Part shown: in pieces, positions 26,443 to 36,637 of the stretch
Layout: every line of letters starts with the position of its first letter
How positions within the stretch are numbered: position 1 is the first letter of the stretch
Virus record (IMG/VR): IMGVR_UViG_3300013104_000001
Location: 62,001-126,000 of that record
Length of the DNA: 64,000 bases
Reading direction: 5' to 3' (one strand)
Made by a program: the position numbers and the translations under genes
The notes under the pieces: model-generated
Database searches by the model: none
Seen by the model: only the letters and a program-made list of their open reading frames with translations
What the model was told of the DNA's origin: nothing

Positions 26443-27576
26443 ATGCAGTATAGTACTTTTAATACCAATAAAAACGATCAGATGGCTGAACCAATGTTTC
26501 TGGGTCAGTCGGTCAACGTTTCGCGTTATGACCAGCAGAAGTACGACATCTTTGAAAAGCTGATCGAAAAGCAGTTGAGCTTCTTCTGGCGTCCCGAAGA
26601 AGTTGATGTGTCTCAGGACCGCATCGACTTCAATGGTCTGCCGGATCATGAGAAGCACATCTTTATCAGCAACCTGAAATACCAGACACTGCTGGACTCT
26701 ATTCAGGGTCGTTCGCCAAACGTGGCGCTGCTACCAATCACGTCTCTGCCAGAACTCGAAACCTGGATTGAGACCTGGGCATTCTCTGAAACCATCCACT
26801 CGCGTTCGTATACCCACATCATCCGTAACATCTTTACGGAGCCGGGCATTATCTTTGATGACATCGTCACCAACGAACACATCAAGGCGCGTGCTGAGTC
26901 CGTATCTGAATACTACGATCAGCTGATCGAAGAGTGCATGTACTACAACCTGCTGGGCGCTGGCACACACAGCATCAACGGCAAGAAGGTTGAAGTTTCA
27001 CTGCGTTCAATCAAACGTCTGGTGTATCTGTGCATTGTGTCAGTTAACGTACTGGAAGCGATTCGTTTCTATGTTTCGTTCGCTTGCTCGTTTGCGTTTG
27101 CAGAACGCGAGCTGATGGAAGGTAACGCGAAGATCATCAAACTGATCGCACGTGATGAAGCATTGCACCTGACCGGCACACAGCACATGATCATGCTAAT
27201 GCGTAGCGGCGCTGATGACCCAGAAATGGCTGACATCGCGAAAGAGTGTGAAGGTGAAGTCTACGCGATCTTCAAAGATGCAGCAGAGCAGGAAAAGGAT
27301 TGGGCAGAATATCTGTTCAGTGGCGGTTCAATGATCGGTCTGAACAAAGAGATCGTTTGCCAGTACATTGAATACATCACTAACATCCGTATCCGTGCGA
27401 TTGGTTATAACGACATCTATACTGGCGTTAAAGCTAACCCAATCCCATGGATCAATTCCTGGTTGGTTTCTGACAACGTGCAGGTTGCACCGCAGGAAGT
27501 AGAAGTATCCTCTTACCTGGTCGGTCAGATCGACTCGAAGGTAGATACCAACGACTTCGACGACTTCCAGCTGTAA
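26443..27576 (+). CDS. nrdB: class Ia ribonucleotide reductase beta subunit
   Basis: [51 protein letters not shown]; enterobacterial-type. Confidence 0.97.
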   Translation: MQYSTFNTNKNDQMAEPMFLGQSVNVSRYDQQKYDIFEKLIEKQLSFFWRPEEVDVSQDRIDFNGLPDHEKHIFISNLKYQTLLDSIQGRSPNVALLPITSLPELETWIETWAFSETIHSRSYTHIIRNIFTEPGIIFDDIVTNEHIKARAESVSEYYDQLIEECMYYNLLGAGTHSINGKKVEVSLRSIKRLVYLCIVSVNVLEAIRFYVSFACSFAFAERELMEGNAKIIKLIARDEALHLTGTQHMIMLMRSGADDPEMADIAKECEGEVYAIFKDAAEQEKDWAEYLFSGGSMIGLNKEIVCQYIEYITNIRIRAIGYNDIYTGVKANPIPWINSWLVSDNVQVAPQEVEVSSYLVGQIDSKVDTNDFDDFQL

Positions 27577-27625
27577 GGACCACCGCCCATCCTTCGGGGT
27601 GGGCTTTCTTTAATAAGGAGAGACC

Positions 27626-28222
27626 ATGGAACTTGACGTCGGACAAGGTTGTATTCGTGTATCGGATACCCAAGAGATCATCGGGATGGCGGGAGTGAAC
27701 TACCTTCCATTGAAACCCGCACCGGATGGTACTTTTGAAGTGCTGCTGTGTCGGTTAGATGGTCTTACTATCCACAACTGTATTTCTCACTATCAGTTCG
27801 ATGATTGCATCGGCGATCACATGAGGATGGTCTACAGCAAAACACCCTTTGGTGAACTTGGTGGGAATGCCCGTGTTAACATGTTGATTAGTCAACATGG
27901 TGTCGCGCCAATCGCTGCGATCAAGACCGTTGAGATTGCCAAATGTCTTTTCACTCTGCAGAACGTAACAATCCGTGAGGGGATGGTGTTTGGGGTTGTA
28001 AAACCAAATACTAGTCTGGACACCCTGCGTTTCATCGGCACCTTACGAAGACCATCAGGTGAGCATAAACCTGCTGCTGTTATCTTCACCTGGCGAGTGT
28101 TGAATAAAATAGCGAGGTTTGACGGCATTAATTTTGAGGATGTCTCTGAACTGATTAACTATGATGTCGCCTTATTAACTGAACAAGAAATACAAGAACG
28201 GCGGAATCGTTTAAACCGATAA
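27626..28222 (+). CDS. hypothetical protein
   Basis: AAGGAG RBS. Confidence 0.7.
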   Translation: MELDVGQGCIRVSDTQEIIGMAGVNYLPLKPAPDGTFEVLLCRLDGLTIHNCISHYQFDDCIGDHMRMVYSKTPFGELGGNARVNMLISQHGVAPIAAIKTVEIAKCLFTLQNVTIREGMVFGVVKPNTSLDTLRFIGTLRRPSGEHKPAAVIFTWRVLNKIARFDGINFEDVSELINYDVALLTEQEIQERRNRLNR

Positions 28223-28252
28223 TCCGTAACCATTCCCTAGGGGATAAGTCAA

Positions 28253-28885
28253 GTGAAAAGAACAAAAAATATAAAGCAAGATCGTTTTCGCAAGGCATGG
28301 AAATTTAGTCAGGTCTCGATGGCATTAATGGTTGTATCGGGATCGTTTTATCTGGTTGGTTGTGATGAAGTTGCCGATCAACAAGTAGCGATGTATCAGA
28401 ATGCCGATGATTGTTCTCGTGCTAATCCGCAAGAGAAAGATCAGTGTAGCAAATCGTATCAAACTGCAATGGCTGATGCAGGGCGTACAGGCCCTAAATA
28501 TAACAGCCTTGCTGATTGTCAGAAAGACTTTAATTCAGACCAATGCCATTTAGATCAGGTGCCTGGTCCGAATGGATCCTCTAGCGCGCACTGGGTACCT
28601 TACCCGTATGGTTTTATGTATGGATCTCATGGATCCTACAGCCAGCCTCTGTATTCCTCAAGTCGTCCGGGCAGCTCGATGTATAAGCAAGCCTTTGATG
28701 CAGCAGGTAACAAATACGGTAGTGCGGTATCAGGGCGTAACTTTGCTACGACTCGCAGTAACCTTGCTCCTAAGCCTACGATCTCTACGGTGACCCGTGG
28801 TGGTTTCGGTGCAACAGTTGCTCGTATGAGTAGTTCACATTCATCGTCCAGTCACAGCAGTGGCGGACATTCATCTGGTGGTTAA
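28253..28885 (+). CDS. ygiB: DUF1190/YgiB-like protein
   Basis: MKRTKNI…FRKAW, LVGC, YQNADDC…PKY…C, TRGGFG…S-rich…GG end. Confidence 0.85.
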   Translation: MKRTKNIKQDRFRKAWKFSQVSMALMVVSGSFYLVGCDEVADQQVAMYQNADDCSRANPQEKDQCSKSYQTAMADAGRTGPKYNSLADCQKDFNSDQCHLDQVPGPNGSSSAHWVPYPYGFMYGSHGSYSQPLYSSSRPGSSMYKQAFDAAGNKYGSAVSGRNFATTRSNLAPKPTISTVTRGGFGATVARMSSSHSSSSHSSGGHSSGG

Positions 28886-28894
28886 GGATCAGTA

Positions 28895-29413
28895 ATGCAA
28901 ATCCCTGGTATGCCCGAGAAGTTTGAAGACCTTTGTGAAATCATTATCAATTTAGGTTTCATCAAAGAGAACGTCACGAAGACCGCTGAGTTACTCGGTA
29001 TCTCAATCGAAGATCACGGGTTCACTCATCGCTGGGATGATCCAGATCAGGAACTGTGCTCAACTGATCGCTGGTTCAACCATGTGTCGCAACTCGGGAT
29101 CGAGTACACTGGTGATGTTATCGCCATGTTGGTTGACTGGTCGATCATGACCGGGCGCATGGATGCATACACGCACGCCGAAGATTATAAGCAACACTGC
29201 CGTAATTGGTTGGCATCAAGTATTAGCGTTAGCCTACAACTCGATGGCGAAGGCGTCACTGAAACAACACTGCATCCGCCAGTGTATCGCTATCTGCAAG
29301 GCGGAAAGATCTTTATCGTCAACACTGCTACCTCTGGGAATGGTGGCGGTATCAATTACCACACTATCTCATTAGAGGAGTTTGTGACCTATGGACAAAA
29401 AGTACATCCCTGA
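28895..29413 (+). CDS. hypothetical protein
   Basis: AAGGA RBS. Confidence 0.7.
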   Translation: MQIPGMPEKFEDLCEIIINLGFIKENVTKTAELLGISIEDHGFTHRWDDPDQELCSTDRWFNHVSQLGIEYTGDVIAMLVDWSIMTGRMDAYTHAEDYKQHCRNWLASSISVSLQLDGEGVTETTLHPPVYRYLQGGKIFIVNTATSGNGGGINYHTISLEEFVTYGQKVHP

Positions 29414-29681
29414 GAAACTACGGATCGGCACAGCCGGTCATGTCCTGTATCATGATTTCATTTTGAAACAGGATCTTACGTTCGCTGAAACTGCACGTCG
29501 TATGGTGGTTCATCCATCAGCTGTCGGTGACATCATCGATAACTGTCGTAACATCACCAACGATATGGCAGAGAAGCTTGCTCGTGCTTTTCCAGAGACC
29601 ACTGCTCAGTTCTGGAAAGATCTGAAGCCGAATAAGCTGCGTCACCATAAAGGTAAAGCGAAAGCTGACCGGTACTGGTAA
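29391..29681 (+). CDS. HigA-like (Xre HTH) protein, orphan
   Basis: TAGHVL…ITNDMAEKLARAFPETTAQFW. Confidence 0.7.
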   Translation: MDKKYIPEKLRIGTAGHVLYHDFILKQDLTFAETARRMVVHPSAVGDIIDNCRNITNDMAEKLARAFPETTAQFWKDLKPNKLRHHKGKAKADRYW

Positions 29682-29691
29682 TCACAAAAGC

Positions 29692-29702
29692 GGGGGGGGG
29701 GG
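29692..29702. repeat. G11 homopolymer
   Basis: 11 consecutive G upstream of ORF 29713. Confidence 0.9.
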
Positions 29703-29712
29703 TGCAAAGATC

Positions 29713-29901
29713 ATGCCAATAGTTCCCAATGCTGAAATTAAAGCGGTTGATATCCCAATTTTTATAAAAGCCCTTGAAGCACGTCGTCGTGAACGCGAAC
29801 GCTTTAAGATCGTCACTTATAAGTTGACTATCGAGTCGCTGCCTGAAATGTTGTTAACCCATCAACAAAAACAATCGGAGAAATCCCATGGGAAAAGTTA
29901 A
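29713..29901 (+). CDS. small hypothetical protein
   Basis: fills the gap between the two HTH genes. Confidence 0.45.
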   Translation: MPIVPNAEIKAVDIPIFIKALEARRRERERFKIVTYKLTIESLPEMLLTHQQKQSEKSHGKS

Positions 29902-30166
29902 AGAGCAGTTGTATCGCAAACGCAGTACCGCAGGTGAAGTCCTGAAGCATGAGTACATGGTTCCACTTAACCTTTCTGTGCGTGAATGTGCAAAGAAAGT
30001 TGGCGTGGGTATCGGTACGATTTCTCGGGTAGTTAATGGTCGCAACAGTCTTTCATTGCATACTGCAACGAAGCTGGGTAAAGCCTTTGACACCTCTGCG
30101 GATTTCTGGATGGGCTTTGCTGATAACAAGACCAATCCGTACCCGCCACAATACGGCGGTTATTAA
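29888..30166 (+). CDS. HigA-like (Xre HTH) protein, orphan
   Basis: TAGEVLKHEYMVPLNLS…ISRVVNGR…KLGKAFDTSADFWMG. Confidence 0.8.
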   Translation: MGKVKEQLYRKRSTAGEVLKHEYMVPLNLSVRECAKKVGVGIGTISRVVNGRNSLSLHTATKLGKAFDTSADFWMGFADNKTNPYPPQYGGY

Positions 30167-30420
30167 TGTTCGGCCAAGACCTTACCCAACCCATCTATGA
30201 GGTAGAGGAAGGTCAGATCTACTTGTCGCCTAGTCGACTCCCTTTTAAGGTCCTTCACCGAGGTTCTCACGGGCAGGACTGCTCACAGTCAATGATCGTC
30301 TACACTAATGTTACCCCGACTTACGATACGCCTGCAGGGCATATCTGGGTCATGTGTGAATCACTGTTTTTAAAATTGTTCAGGGCGTCGGTCGATGGTA
30401 TGGCGGTAAATAACCGTTAA
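30166..30420 (+). CDS. hypothetical protein (DUF1653-like SH3 fold?)
   Basis: GQIY…FKVL…MIVY…IWV…FLKLF pattern. Confidence 0.5.
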   Translation: MFGQDLTQPIYEVEEGQIYLSPSRLPFKVLHRGSHGQDCSQSMIVYTNVTPTYDTPAGHIWVMCESLFLKLFRASVDGMAVNNR

Positions 30421-30438
30421 CCCATAAAGGAGTAGCCC

Positions 30439-30708
30439 ATGAACGGTCCATTAACAATATCCGATCAGGCTATTATCGACGCTATACTTGATTACACCCG
30501 TAAGCATTACGAAGACTGTCCTGTTGCGTATGACCCGGCGGCTGATGAAACTGCCAGGAAAAATCAAGAGGAGAGAATTGTGCGGTGGTTTCAAGACACA
30601 CGCCTCATTGTTGACATGGTTTGTCAACGTGAAGGTTTCTCTGGTTTGAATGTATTAAAGATTGCAGTCCAGGCTATCGAATCAGAAATCGGTGGTCAGG
30701 CTAGTTAA
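30439..30708 (+). CDS. hypothetical protein
   Basis: AAGGAG RBS. Confidence 0.7.
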   Translation: MNGPLTISDQAIIDAILDYTRKHYEDCPVAYDPAADETARKNQEERIVRWFQDTRLIVDMVCQREGFSGLNVLKIAVQAIESEIGGQAS

Positions 30709-30737
30709 TCTTTGTAAAAAATAATAGAAGACTACAC

Positions 30738-30947
30738 ATGCAATTAAGTGAACTGGTTAATCGCGTACGCGCAGGTGATGTGATTACCAATACTTCCTGG
30801 CCAAAGAATAAAACTTTCACAGTCTCCACTGAGTTTATGAAGCATCATACCGGTCGTGGTTTTGAGGTGGTTGCTCGTAACTCATGTCCTGATGGATTGT
30901 GGAATGGATGGGAAGTGGCTAATCGCTACCCTAGCGGTACGGACTAA
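30738..30947 (+). CDS. hypothetical protein
   Basis: ORF track, gene spacing. Confidence 0.55.
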   Translation: MQLSELVNRVRAGDVITNTSWPKNKTFTVSTEFMKHHTGRGFEVVARNSCPDGLWNGWEVANRYPSGTD

Positions 30948-30977
30948 CTGTAACCCTGAAGTGCAAGAGGAAATAAA

Positions 30978-31385
30978 ATGATCTCCATTACTGATGCTAA
31001 GGAAAATGACAAATTTAACGATGATATTCGTGAAGATGTTGTCAATCGGTTACCTAAAGACGATGACGGGGTTGCCCACGTCTACGAGTTTACCGACAAT
31101 GCTGAAAAAGACCCATTTACGGGTTATCTGGTAATCGGATCACCGTCGTTGAAATACCACATGGTTCGTTCTGAAACAAACGAATATGGCGATACGTCCT
31201 ATAACTACATGGGCGCGTATATTCCAACTGTGGATGGTGGGGTTATCCCTGAAGGTGGTCTGGGCCAGAATCTGAGCGACGTCATTGGCGATCGTATCAG
31301 TGAAGTCGAAACACTTATGCGTGCATTCCATCGCAGAGTGCTCGAACGTCTGGGTCAGCCAGTGCCAGGTAGTGGACCGCTCTAA
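30978..31385 (+). CDS. hypothetical protein (paralogue of 32466..32864)
   Basis: PFTGYLVIGSPSLKY versus PFNGFLVVTGPILQY. Confidence 0.75.
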   Translation: MISITDAKENDKFNDDIREDVVNRLPKDDDGVAHVYEFTDNAEKDPFTGYLVIGSPSLKYHMVRSETNEYGDTSYNYMGAYIPTVDGGVIPEGGLGQNLSDVIGDRISEVETLMRAFHRRVLERLGQPVPGSGPL

Positions 31386-31391
31386 GTAACT

Positions 31392-31421
31392 GAGGAGGGG
31401 GATCCCCCTCCTCTTATGCCG
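31392..31421 (+). terminator. 3'-end hairpin + TTATGCCG tag
   Basis: GAGGAGGGG…CCCCTCCTC then TTATGCCG. Confidence 0.75.
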
Positions 31422-31493
31422 TGTCTTTTATTCTTTGTTGAAAGATACATAACCGCTCGTTTATATACACCACGTTAAATAAGGAAGAACAAG

Positions 31494-32465
31494 ATGTCTG
31501 ATCAAGTTGAAGGTAAAGTATATCCGTCTCAGTTGTTTGTGACCGTCGCGGGTAATCACCCAATGGCAGAAGCGGCACTGGGCTCAGTTCTGTCCACGTT
31601 CTTCAATGACCGCGGTATCGCTGGTCGTCGTCAGGCAAATGAAGTGTTCGATGCTCAGTTTGCAATTGACACTGTCAATGGCCTGGCGTCCAATCAGGAG
31701 AACACGGTTAACATCATGACCTCTCCACTTACCCTGGCGGCGATGCGTGGCGAATACCAAGTGTGGGACTGGCCGACCTGGGGTGATGAATCACAACCAT
31801 GGACCGCGTTGGTAAATGACGAACTGCGTAACATGTGGACGACATTTACCAGTCAGCAGAAGCGCGCTATCTATAATAGCTTCAATGCGCTGAACATCGA
31901 AGTGGAAGGCGAAGACGAACCGTTGAGTTTTGAACATGCACGGCGCATTATTCTGGATGAATCAGGAACGTTCGTTCGTTTCAACCCTAACAAAGATCGC
32001 ACTGCCTTTGGCGGCATTACGGTAGCTGAATCATTACTTGATACTGCCGAGATCCAAGCGATCCTGTTCTTACTGAACAATACCGTTCCTGGTAAAGATG
32101 AAGGCGATGACGAACCGCGTCTGCGTGAGCAGCCAGTAGTAGAAGATACTGACGCACAGCCAACACCTGAACTGACCGCCGGTGAAAACCCAGCAAGCAA
32201 TGGCGCACATGCCGCACCAGAACTCCCTGATGGCCGTGAAGTATCTGACACCGATGCACCGGTCGCTGATGTAGCCAGCCCTGAGCACAACCCAGAGAAG
32301 ATCGATCTGACCGAAGGCGTACCAGCCGTTAAATCAACCGACCCTGTGCTGGCGCCGGTCTCTGGAAATATCGTATCGAACGACCCGTCTGATGCAGCGA
32401 CACTCGCTTCACCGCCAGCGTCTGGCTCAGTAGTAGAACCATCACGTGACCATTTAGAGGATTAA
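31494..32465 (+). CDS. hypothetical protein with acidic Pro-rich disordered C-terminus
   Basis: AAGGA RBS; low-complexity tail. Confidence 0.75.
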   Translation: MSDQVEGKVYPSQLFVTVAGNHPMAEAALGSVLSTFFNDRGIAGRRQANEVFDAQFAIDTVNGLASNQENTVNIMTSPLTLAAMRGEYQVWDWPTWGDESQPWTALVNDELRNMWTTFTSQQKRAIYNSFNALNIEVEGEDEPLSFEHARRIILDESGTFVRFNPNKDRTAFGGITVAESLLDTAEIQAILFLLNNTVPGKDEGDDEPRLREQPVVEDTDAQPTPELTAGENPASNGAHAAPELPDGREVSDTDAPVADVASPEHNPEKIDLTEGVPAVKSTDPVLAPVSGNIVSNDPSDAATLASPPASGSVVEPSRDHLED

Positions 32466-32864
32466 TTGATGCTGCCCATCTCTGAACCTATCTCTATCTT
32501 TGACGTACAGAGTGTGCGTTTGACAGAAGAACTGCAAGAGCACTTTCGTAAGGACCTCAACGAAGCAGATAAGATCCATTCGGTCTATGCGTTCAAAGAT
32601 GGGTCTCGCTTCATTAAACCATTTAATGGGTTTCTGGTTGTAACAGGTCCCATCCTGCAATATCAGTTGTACCGTGGTAACGAAGCGGTAACAGCTGAGT
32701 GGGCTGGGGTCTTTACTTACGATGGCGAAGGCAATGCAATCATCCCTGATGAGATGCGTACGGTATTCACTGACGTGGACCGTAATCGTGTTACACAGTG
32801 GAAGACACTTGCGCAGGCATTACACTTCGCTGTGTTGCAGGATATCAAACGGGGATCGTTCTGA
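32466..32864 (+). CDS. hypothetical protein (paralogue of 30978..31385)
   Basis: shared motif; GAGG RBS. Confidence 0.7.
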   Translation: MMLPISEPISIFDVQSVRLTEELQEHFRKDLNEADKIHSVYAFKDGSRFIKPFNGFLVVTGPILQYQLYRGNEAVTAEWAGVFTYDGEGNAIIPDEMRTVFTDVDRNRVTQWKTLAQALHFAVLQDIKRGSF

Positions 32865-33592
32865 TGAAAGATTCGCTGTACAGTGATTTACCAGAGGGGT
32901 GTCATCCACCCCTTCCTATCGCCAAAGGTGGGATCTTCTTACGAGAAGGTAGTAAAGAAGCCGTTGAGCTGGTTGTGTGGAATCATGTTTTCGAGACCAC
33001 TCACCAACTACCATCTGAAGCCATTCCTGGCGAACGAGCGTTCATTGCGATAGCTCATGTAGTATACGTCTGGAAAGACAATATGTGGTGTGAGGACAAA
33101 GATGCCAAGCCGCACATCGATCGTTGTGTTCTGGCGGGTAATTTTAACGTCATGGACTTTAACTACATCACTGTGTCATCTGCATCCGAAGAAGCAGGCA
33201 TTGCCTTTAGTAGTAAAGAACGGCGTGAGTGGACTATCGGTAATTGGATTGCTCACTTAGGCGGTCGCATCAACGACGCTGGCTATCTGGAGTTTGGCAG
33301 TGTCTATGCCTTCAACATGATGTTAAGACAGATGATACGTGCAGACTTCAAAGGCAGCGAAGAGAAAATGCGGGTTACCGTTGACGGGGGTGGTGACAAC
33401 ATGAAGGTAGCACTTGCTTCCATGTTGCTTGGCTCTATCAATAAAGCAAACTGCAAACCTGGGGATAACCTTGCTGAGTTAGTTACTCAGGTCAATGCCC
33501 GTAGTACCGATGCCGACGCGGTTGAACGTCTATTGCGCAGCATCGAAGATGTAGAAGTGACCATTGATGTTCTGCCGTCATTGCGGAGATAG
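32864..33592 (+). CDS. hypothetical protein
   Basis: TGATG coupling, ATG 32864. Confidence 0.7.
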   Translation: MKDSLYSDLPEGCHPPLPIAKGGIFLREGSKEAVELVVWNHVFETTHQLPSEAIPGERAFIAIAHVVYVWKDNMWCEDKDAKPHIDRCVLAGNFNVMDFNYITVSSASEEAGIAFSSKERREWTIGNWIAHLGGRINDAGYLEFGSVYAFNMMLRQMIRADFKGSEEKMRVTVDGGGDNMKVALASMLLGSINKANCKPGDNLAELVTQVNARSTDADAVERLLRSIEDVEVTIDVLPSLRR

Positions 33593-33594
33593 TC

Positions 33595-34614
33595 ATGAGC
33601 GATTATAAACCGTTATCACCCATCGTCAGTGATAAGGTAGGTAAAGATGCGTATACCGGTCAACCTACTGTCGATTACATGGCGTTTGAAAAGAGCGGTC
33701 TTGATGAACTGTTAGCCATGCATCCTTCGCATGCGCTGTTTATCCGAGACCGTCAGGCGCCACCATTGTACTATTCTTCAATACCACTGGATGAGCTGGA
33801 AGCGAAAGAGTTTCCACTGGTATTGTCTATCATCGGCCCTGTTGACCAAGAGACGAAGCATATCGTTCTTGAAGCAGCGGGGCTTACTGAAATTCAAGCG
33901 CTTAGCGCAATTCTTAAACAGAATGAGCAAGATGCTAAACAGGGCAAATTCTTAATGACTACCGATACCACCAACGTTAACTACTTCGAACTGATTCGTG
34001 ACTGGGGTAAAGCTCGCAACATCATCGGTGGCGGTTCTACACCAATCGATCAGTTTATCAAAGGCATGACCGAAGCCTCTGAAGCCTGGGGTAACATCCT
34101 CGGCAACCAGACCGATAACCTGAAAGACGATATCGGCGATGTGCTGGTTTGTCTGACACAGTCCTTCGGCATCATCGATAGCATTAAGATCGAAGACGCT
34201 GCTACTGACCTTGGCCCGTGGCTGCGTGAAGCACGTATCGAATATCAGAACCACGGTGTGTGGGGCGACAAACGTCTGGCGCTGTCTGTCCTGCGTAAAC
34301 TCGGTAATATCTCTCGTGAAGTTGAGCTGGCGCAGTTTGAACCAGACCATCACCGTCCAGACGAGATGATGGACTGCACTGCAGACCTGGTAGCTGACCT
34401 GGTTGTGCTGGCCGAGTCTAAAGGCTGGACACTGCAGGAATGTCTGGAAGAAGCCTACAACGATATCAAAGATCGTAAAGGCGTGATGTACAATGGCGGT
34501 TTCGTGAAAGAAGCGAGCCTGTCGGTTGAGCGCGCTAAAGAGATGTTAGCATCTGGTACTGTTGGTGGTGTCGGCGCAGAATACCTGAACGGCTATATCG
34601 CAGCTAATAGCTGA
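33595..34614 (+). CDS. MazG-like nucleotide pyrophosphohydrolase with N-terminal extension
   Basis: WGKARNI…EASE…KDDIGDVLV…ECLEEAYNDIKDRKG…FVKE. Confidence 0.8.
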   Translation: MSDYKPLSPIVSDKVGKDAYTGQPTVDYMAFEKSGLDELLAMHPSHALFIRDRQAPPLYYSSIPLDELEAKEFPLVLSIIGPVDQETKHIVLEAAGLTEIQALSAILKQNEQDAKQGKFLMTTDTTNVNYFELIRDWGKARNIIGGGSTPIDQFIKGMTEASEAWGNILGNQTDNLKDDIGDVLVCLTQSFGIIDSIKIEDAATDLGPWLREARIEYQNHGVWGDKRLALSVLRKLGNISREVELAQFEPDHHRPDEMMDCTADLVADLVVLAESKGWTLQECLEEAYNDIKDRKGVMYNGGFVKEASLSVERAKEMLASGTVGGVGAEYLNGYIAANS

Positions 34615-34631
34615 TTCTAAAACATCTGTCA

Positions 34632-34649
34632 CCTACATTACTAAAGGGA
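34632..34649 (+). promoter_or_regulatory. putative phage-RNAP (early) promoter
   Basis: CCTACATTAC-taaa-GGGA, overlapping a hairpin followed by CTATGCCC. Confidence 0.55.
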
Positions 34650-34696
34650 TAGTGAAAGCTATCCCTTCTATGCCCATTATAAATTGAGGATTAGAA

Positions 34697-35077
34697 ATGA
34701 AACAAGTCGCTCCTAACGTCAATGTGTTATCTGTGAACTTACGTTTCTCTGTTAAGCAGATGGAGATCTATGCGAAGTTTATTACTGATGCAGCTACTGC
34801 CGGTAAGAAGATCTTTATCTTTGCTGACAGAGAAGCCCGTGTGAAAGTGAAAGAACTCTTTCCTAAGTTCATGGGTATCGAAGTGTTGGAAAAGATAAAC
34901 GTCAACGCATATCCCACTAATGAACTGACTGCACTTAACGTCGGTCGTGGTGTCTCCAACATGGCAGCTATTTTCATCAGCGAAACCGGTCGGTATAACG
35001 ACCAGATCGCGAAGACTGTCGCGGCTACCAAAGACCACGATGTACTGATCGTCGATTGCAATACGGCAGTAGCGTAA
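34697..35077 (+). CDS. hypothetical protein
   Basis: GAGGA RBS. Confidence 0.7.
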   Translation: MKQVAPNVNVLSVNLRFSVKQMEIYAKFITDAATAGKKIFIFADREARVKVKELFPKFMGIEVLEKINVNAYPTNELTALNVGRGVSNMAAIFISETGRYNDQIAKTVAATKDHDVLIVDCNTAVA

Positions 35078-35436
35078 TGTTCAACGTCAAACGCGGCATA
35101 TGGCGCGGTGTGTTGTTTGACCTGTGGATGACCATCCTGGTACTGGGTAGCTGGTTATTATACATCCTCTGTGTAGGATGGCATGGCTACTTCTTTCCAA
35201 AAGAAACTATCATCAACAATGACGCTGAATTAGCTGAACTGAAAAATAACCTTTACAACCGTTATGCTTTCGAAGTATTGGATACCGTAATTGCTAATAC
35301 CGAATGTCTGTATCCAATCACCTTCAAAGAAGGCACGCACTGGTTATATGCTGTGGATCTCTTTTCAGCTGAAAACGCGAAGTGTCGTTCTAAGTCTTGT
35401 CTGAAAGATAAGGTCAAGACAACCGAATTAACTTAA
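35077..35436 (+). CDS. hypothetical membrane protein
   Basis: TAATG coupling; hydrophobic N-terminal segment. Confidence 0.65.
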   Translation: MFNVKRGIWRGVLFDLWMTILVLGSWLLYILCVGWHGYFFPKETIINNDAELAELKNNLYNRYAFEVLDTVIANTECLYPITFKEGTHWLYAVDLFSAENAKCRSKSCLKDKVKTTELT

Positions 35437-35461
35437 TTAACTAACTTGTGGGGTAATCACC

Positions 35462-35875
35462 GTGCATCGTACTCGAGCTCAACTCATCGCTGATCGTATC
35501 AAAGAAGTCCTGGCTGGTAAGCCTGTTGCAATTAGCGATATCCAATTCGAAGATACAAAAGAAGCTTCGTTTGGTCCTGTTAAGATTGTCATGTTTAATT
35601 GGAAGGTTGCAGACAATGACCTGACCGCTGAAATGACAGAACGCGATGTTCTGGCCATTCTTGCACAGGACAACATCTATGTCGCTTTTCACAAGACACG
35701 CCGTCTTGAAGGGGAGCGCTTGATTACTGCCACAAAACCACTCCAGCCAGGACATCCTAACTTCACTCTGGGTAATCTCCGGGGTTTCACTCGTATGTGG
35801 TTGATTGAAGCAACTGGCGCTGACAAAAGCAAGCGTCCTTCTCACCACGATGTTACCGCAACCGTTCGTCGCTAG
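35462..35875 (+). CDS. hypothetical protein
   Basis: GGGG RBS, GTG start. Confidence 0.6.
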   Translation: MHRTRAQLIADRIKEVLAGKPVAISDIQFEDTKEASFGPVKIVMFNWKVADNDLTAEMTERDVLAILAQDNIYVAFHKTRRLEGERLITATKPLQPGHPNFTLGNLRGFTRMWLIEATGADKSKRPSHHDVTATVRR

Positions 35876-35883
35876 GAGCAACG

Positions 35884-36609
35884 ATGACTATTAATAAACA
35901 TCAGTTACTCGGTGTGCTGTTAAACGACTTCACCGACATGTACATGTTACAGCTGAACAACCGCAACCGTGACGTCTGCATCGATGAGATGAACTCAGGA
36001 ATGTGCGGTGTAGTTGCCATGTGTGTTGGTAATGTCATGCGTGAGCGCTATGGGGTTACTGATATTGATTGGGAGTCGCACTGTCTGCACATGTGGTTGG
36101 TGCTAGACGGTAAACGCTACGACACGTTGTACCCAGAAGGGTATAGCGAGGAAGTCGTTGATGCGTGGTTACTGAAGATGCAGCACTACAACAGTAACGT
36201 CATGACTAATGACACTGGTATTGGGCTGGAAGATAATACTGGTTATGTTGCCGGCGGTTGGTGGGATTGTCTCTATCTCATCAAAGGCTGGTATGAACGC
36301 TACGGTATGACGCCTCCAGCGTACGTTAAACGCATGATGGCTAACTTACGTGGCAATCATCGCCATCGTCAGGAACGTCGTGCAGAGCGCCGTTATCAGC
36401 TCGTATTGAAAGCCCCACTTCCTTCACCTACCGATGAAGTGCGCACCAACGACGTCTTACCGATGACCCATTACTGGCACGGTGAGTTCGAAGGTAATCA
36501 GGACCGGGTATTATCACGCCGCCCTGGCATGCCGTCCGTAAACGTCTATAAAAGCTTATTGAAGTATTACCGTGAAAAGGGTGTTCCTGTCACGCAGTAC
36601 TTCTGTTAA
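35884..36609 (+). CDS. putative Cys-His-Asp (transglutaminase/papain-like) protein, paralogue of 43347..43889
   Basis: NSGMCG…HMWL…YDTLYPEGY. Confidence 0.6.
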   Translation: MTINKHQLLGVLLNDFTDMYMLQLNNRNRDVCIDEMNSGMCGVVAMCVGNVMRERYGVTDIDWESHCLHMWLVLDGKRYDTLYPEGYSEEVVDAWLLKMQHYNSNVMTNDTGIGLEDNTGYVAGGWWDCLYLIKGWYERYGMTPPAYVKRMMANLRGNHRHRQERRAERRYQLVLKAPLPSPTDEVRTNDVLPMTHYWHGEFEGNQDRVLSRRPGMPSVNVYKSLLKYYREKGVPVTQYFC

Positions 36610-36637
36610 TCCACCGTTTGTTAAGAAGGAAAACGTT

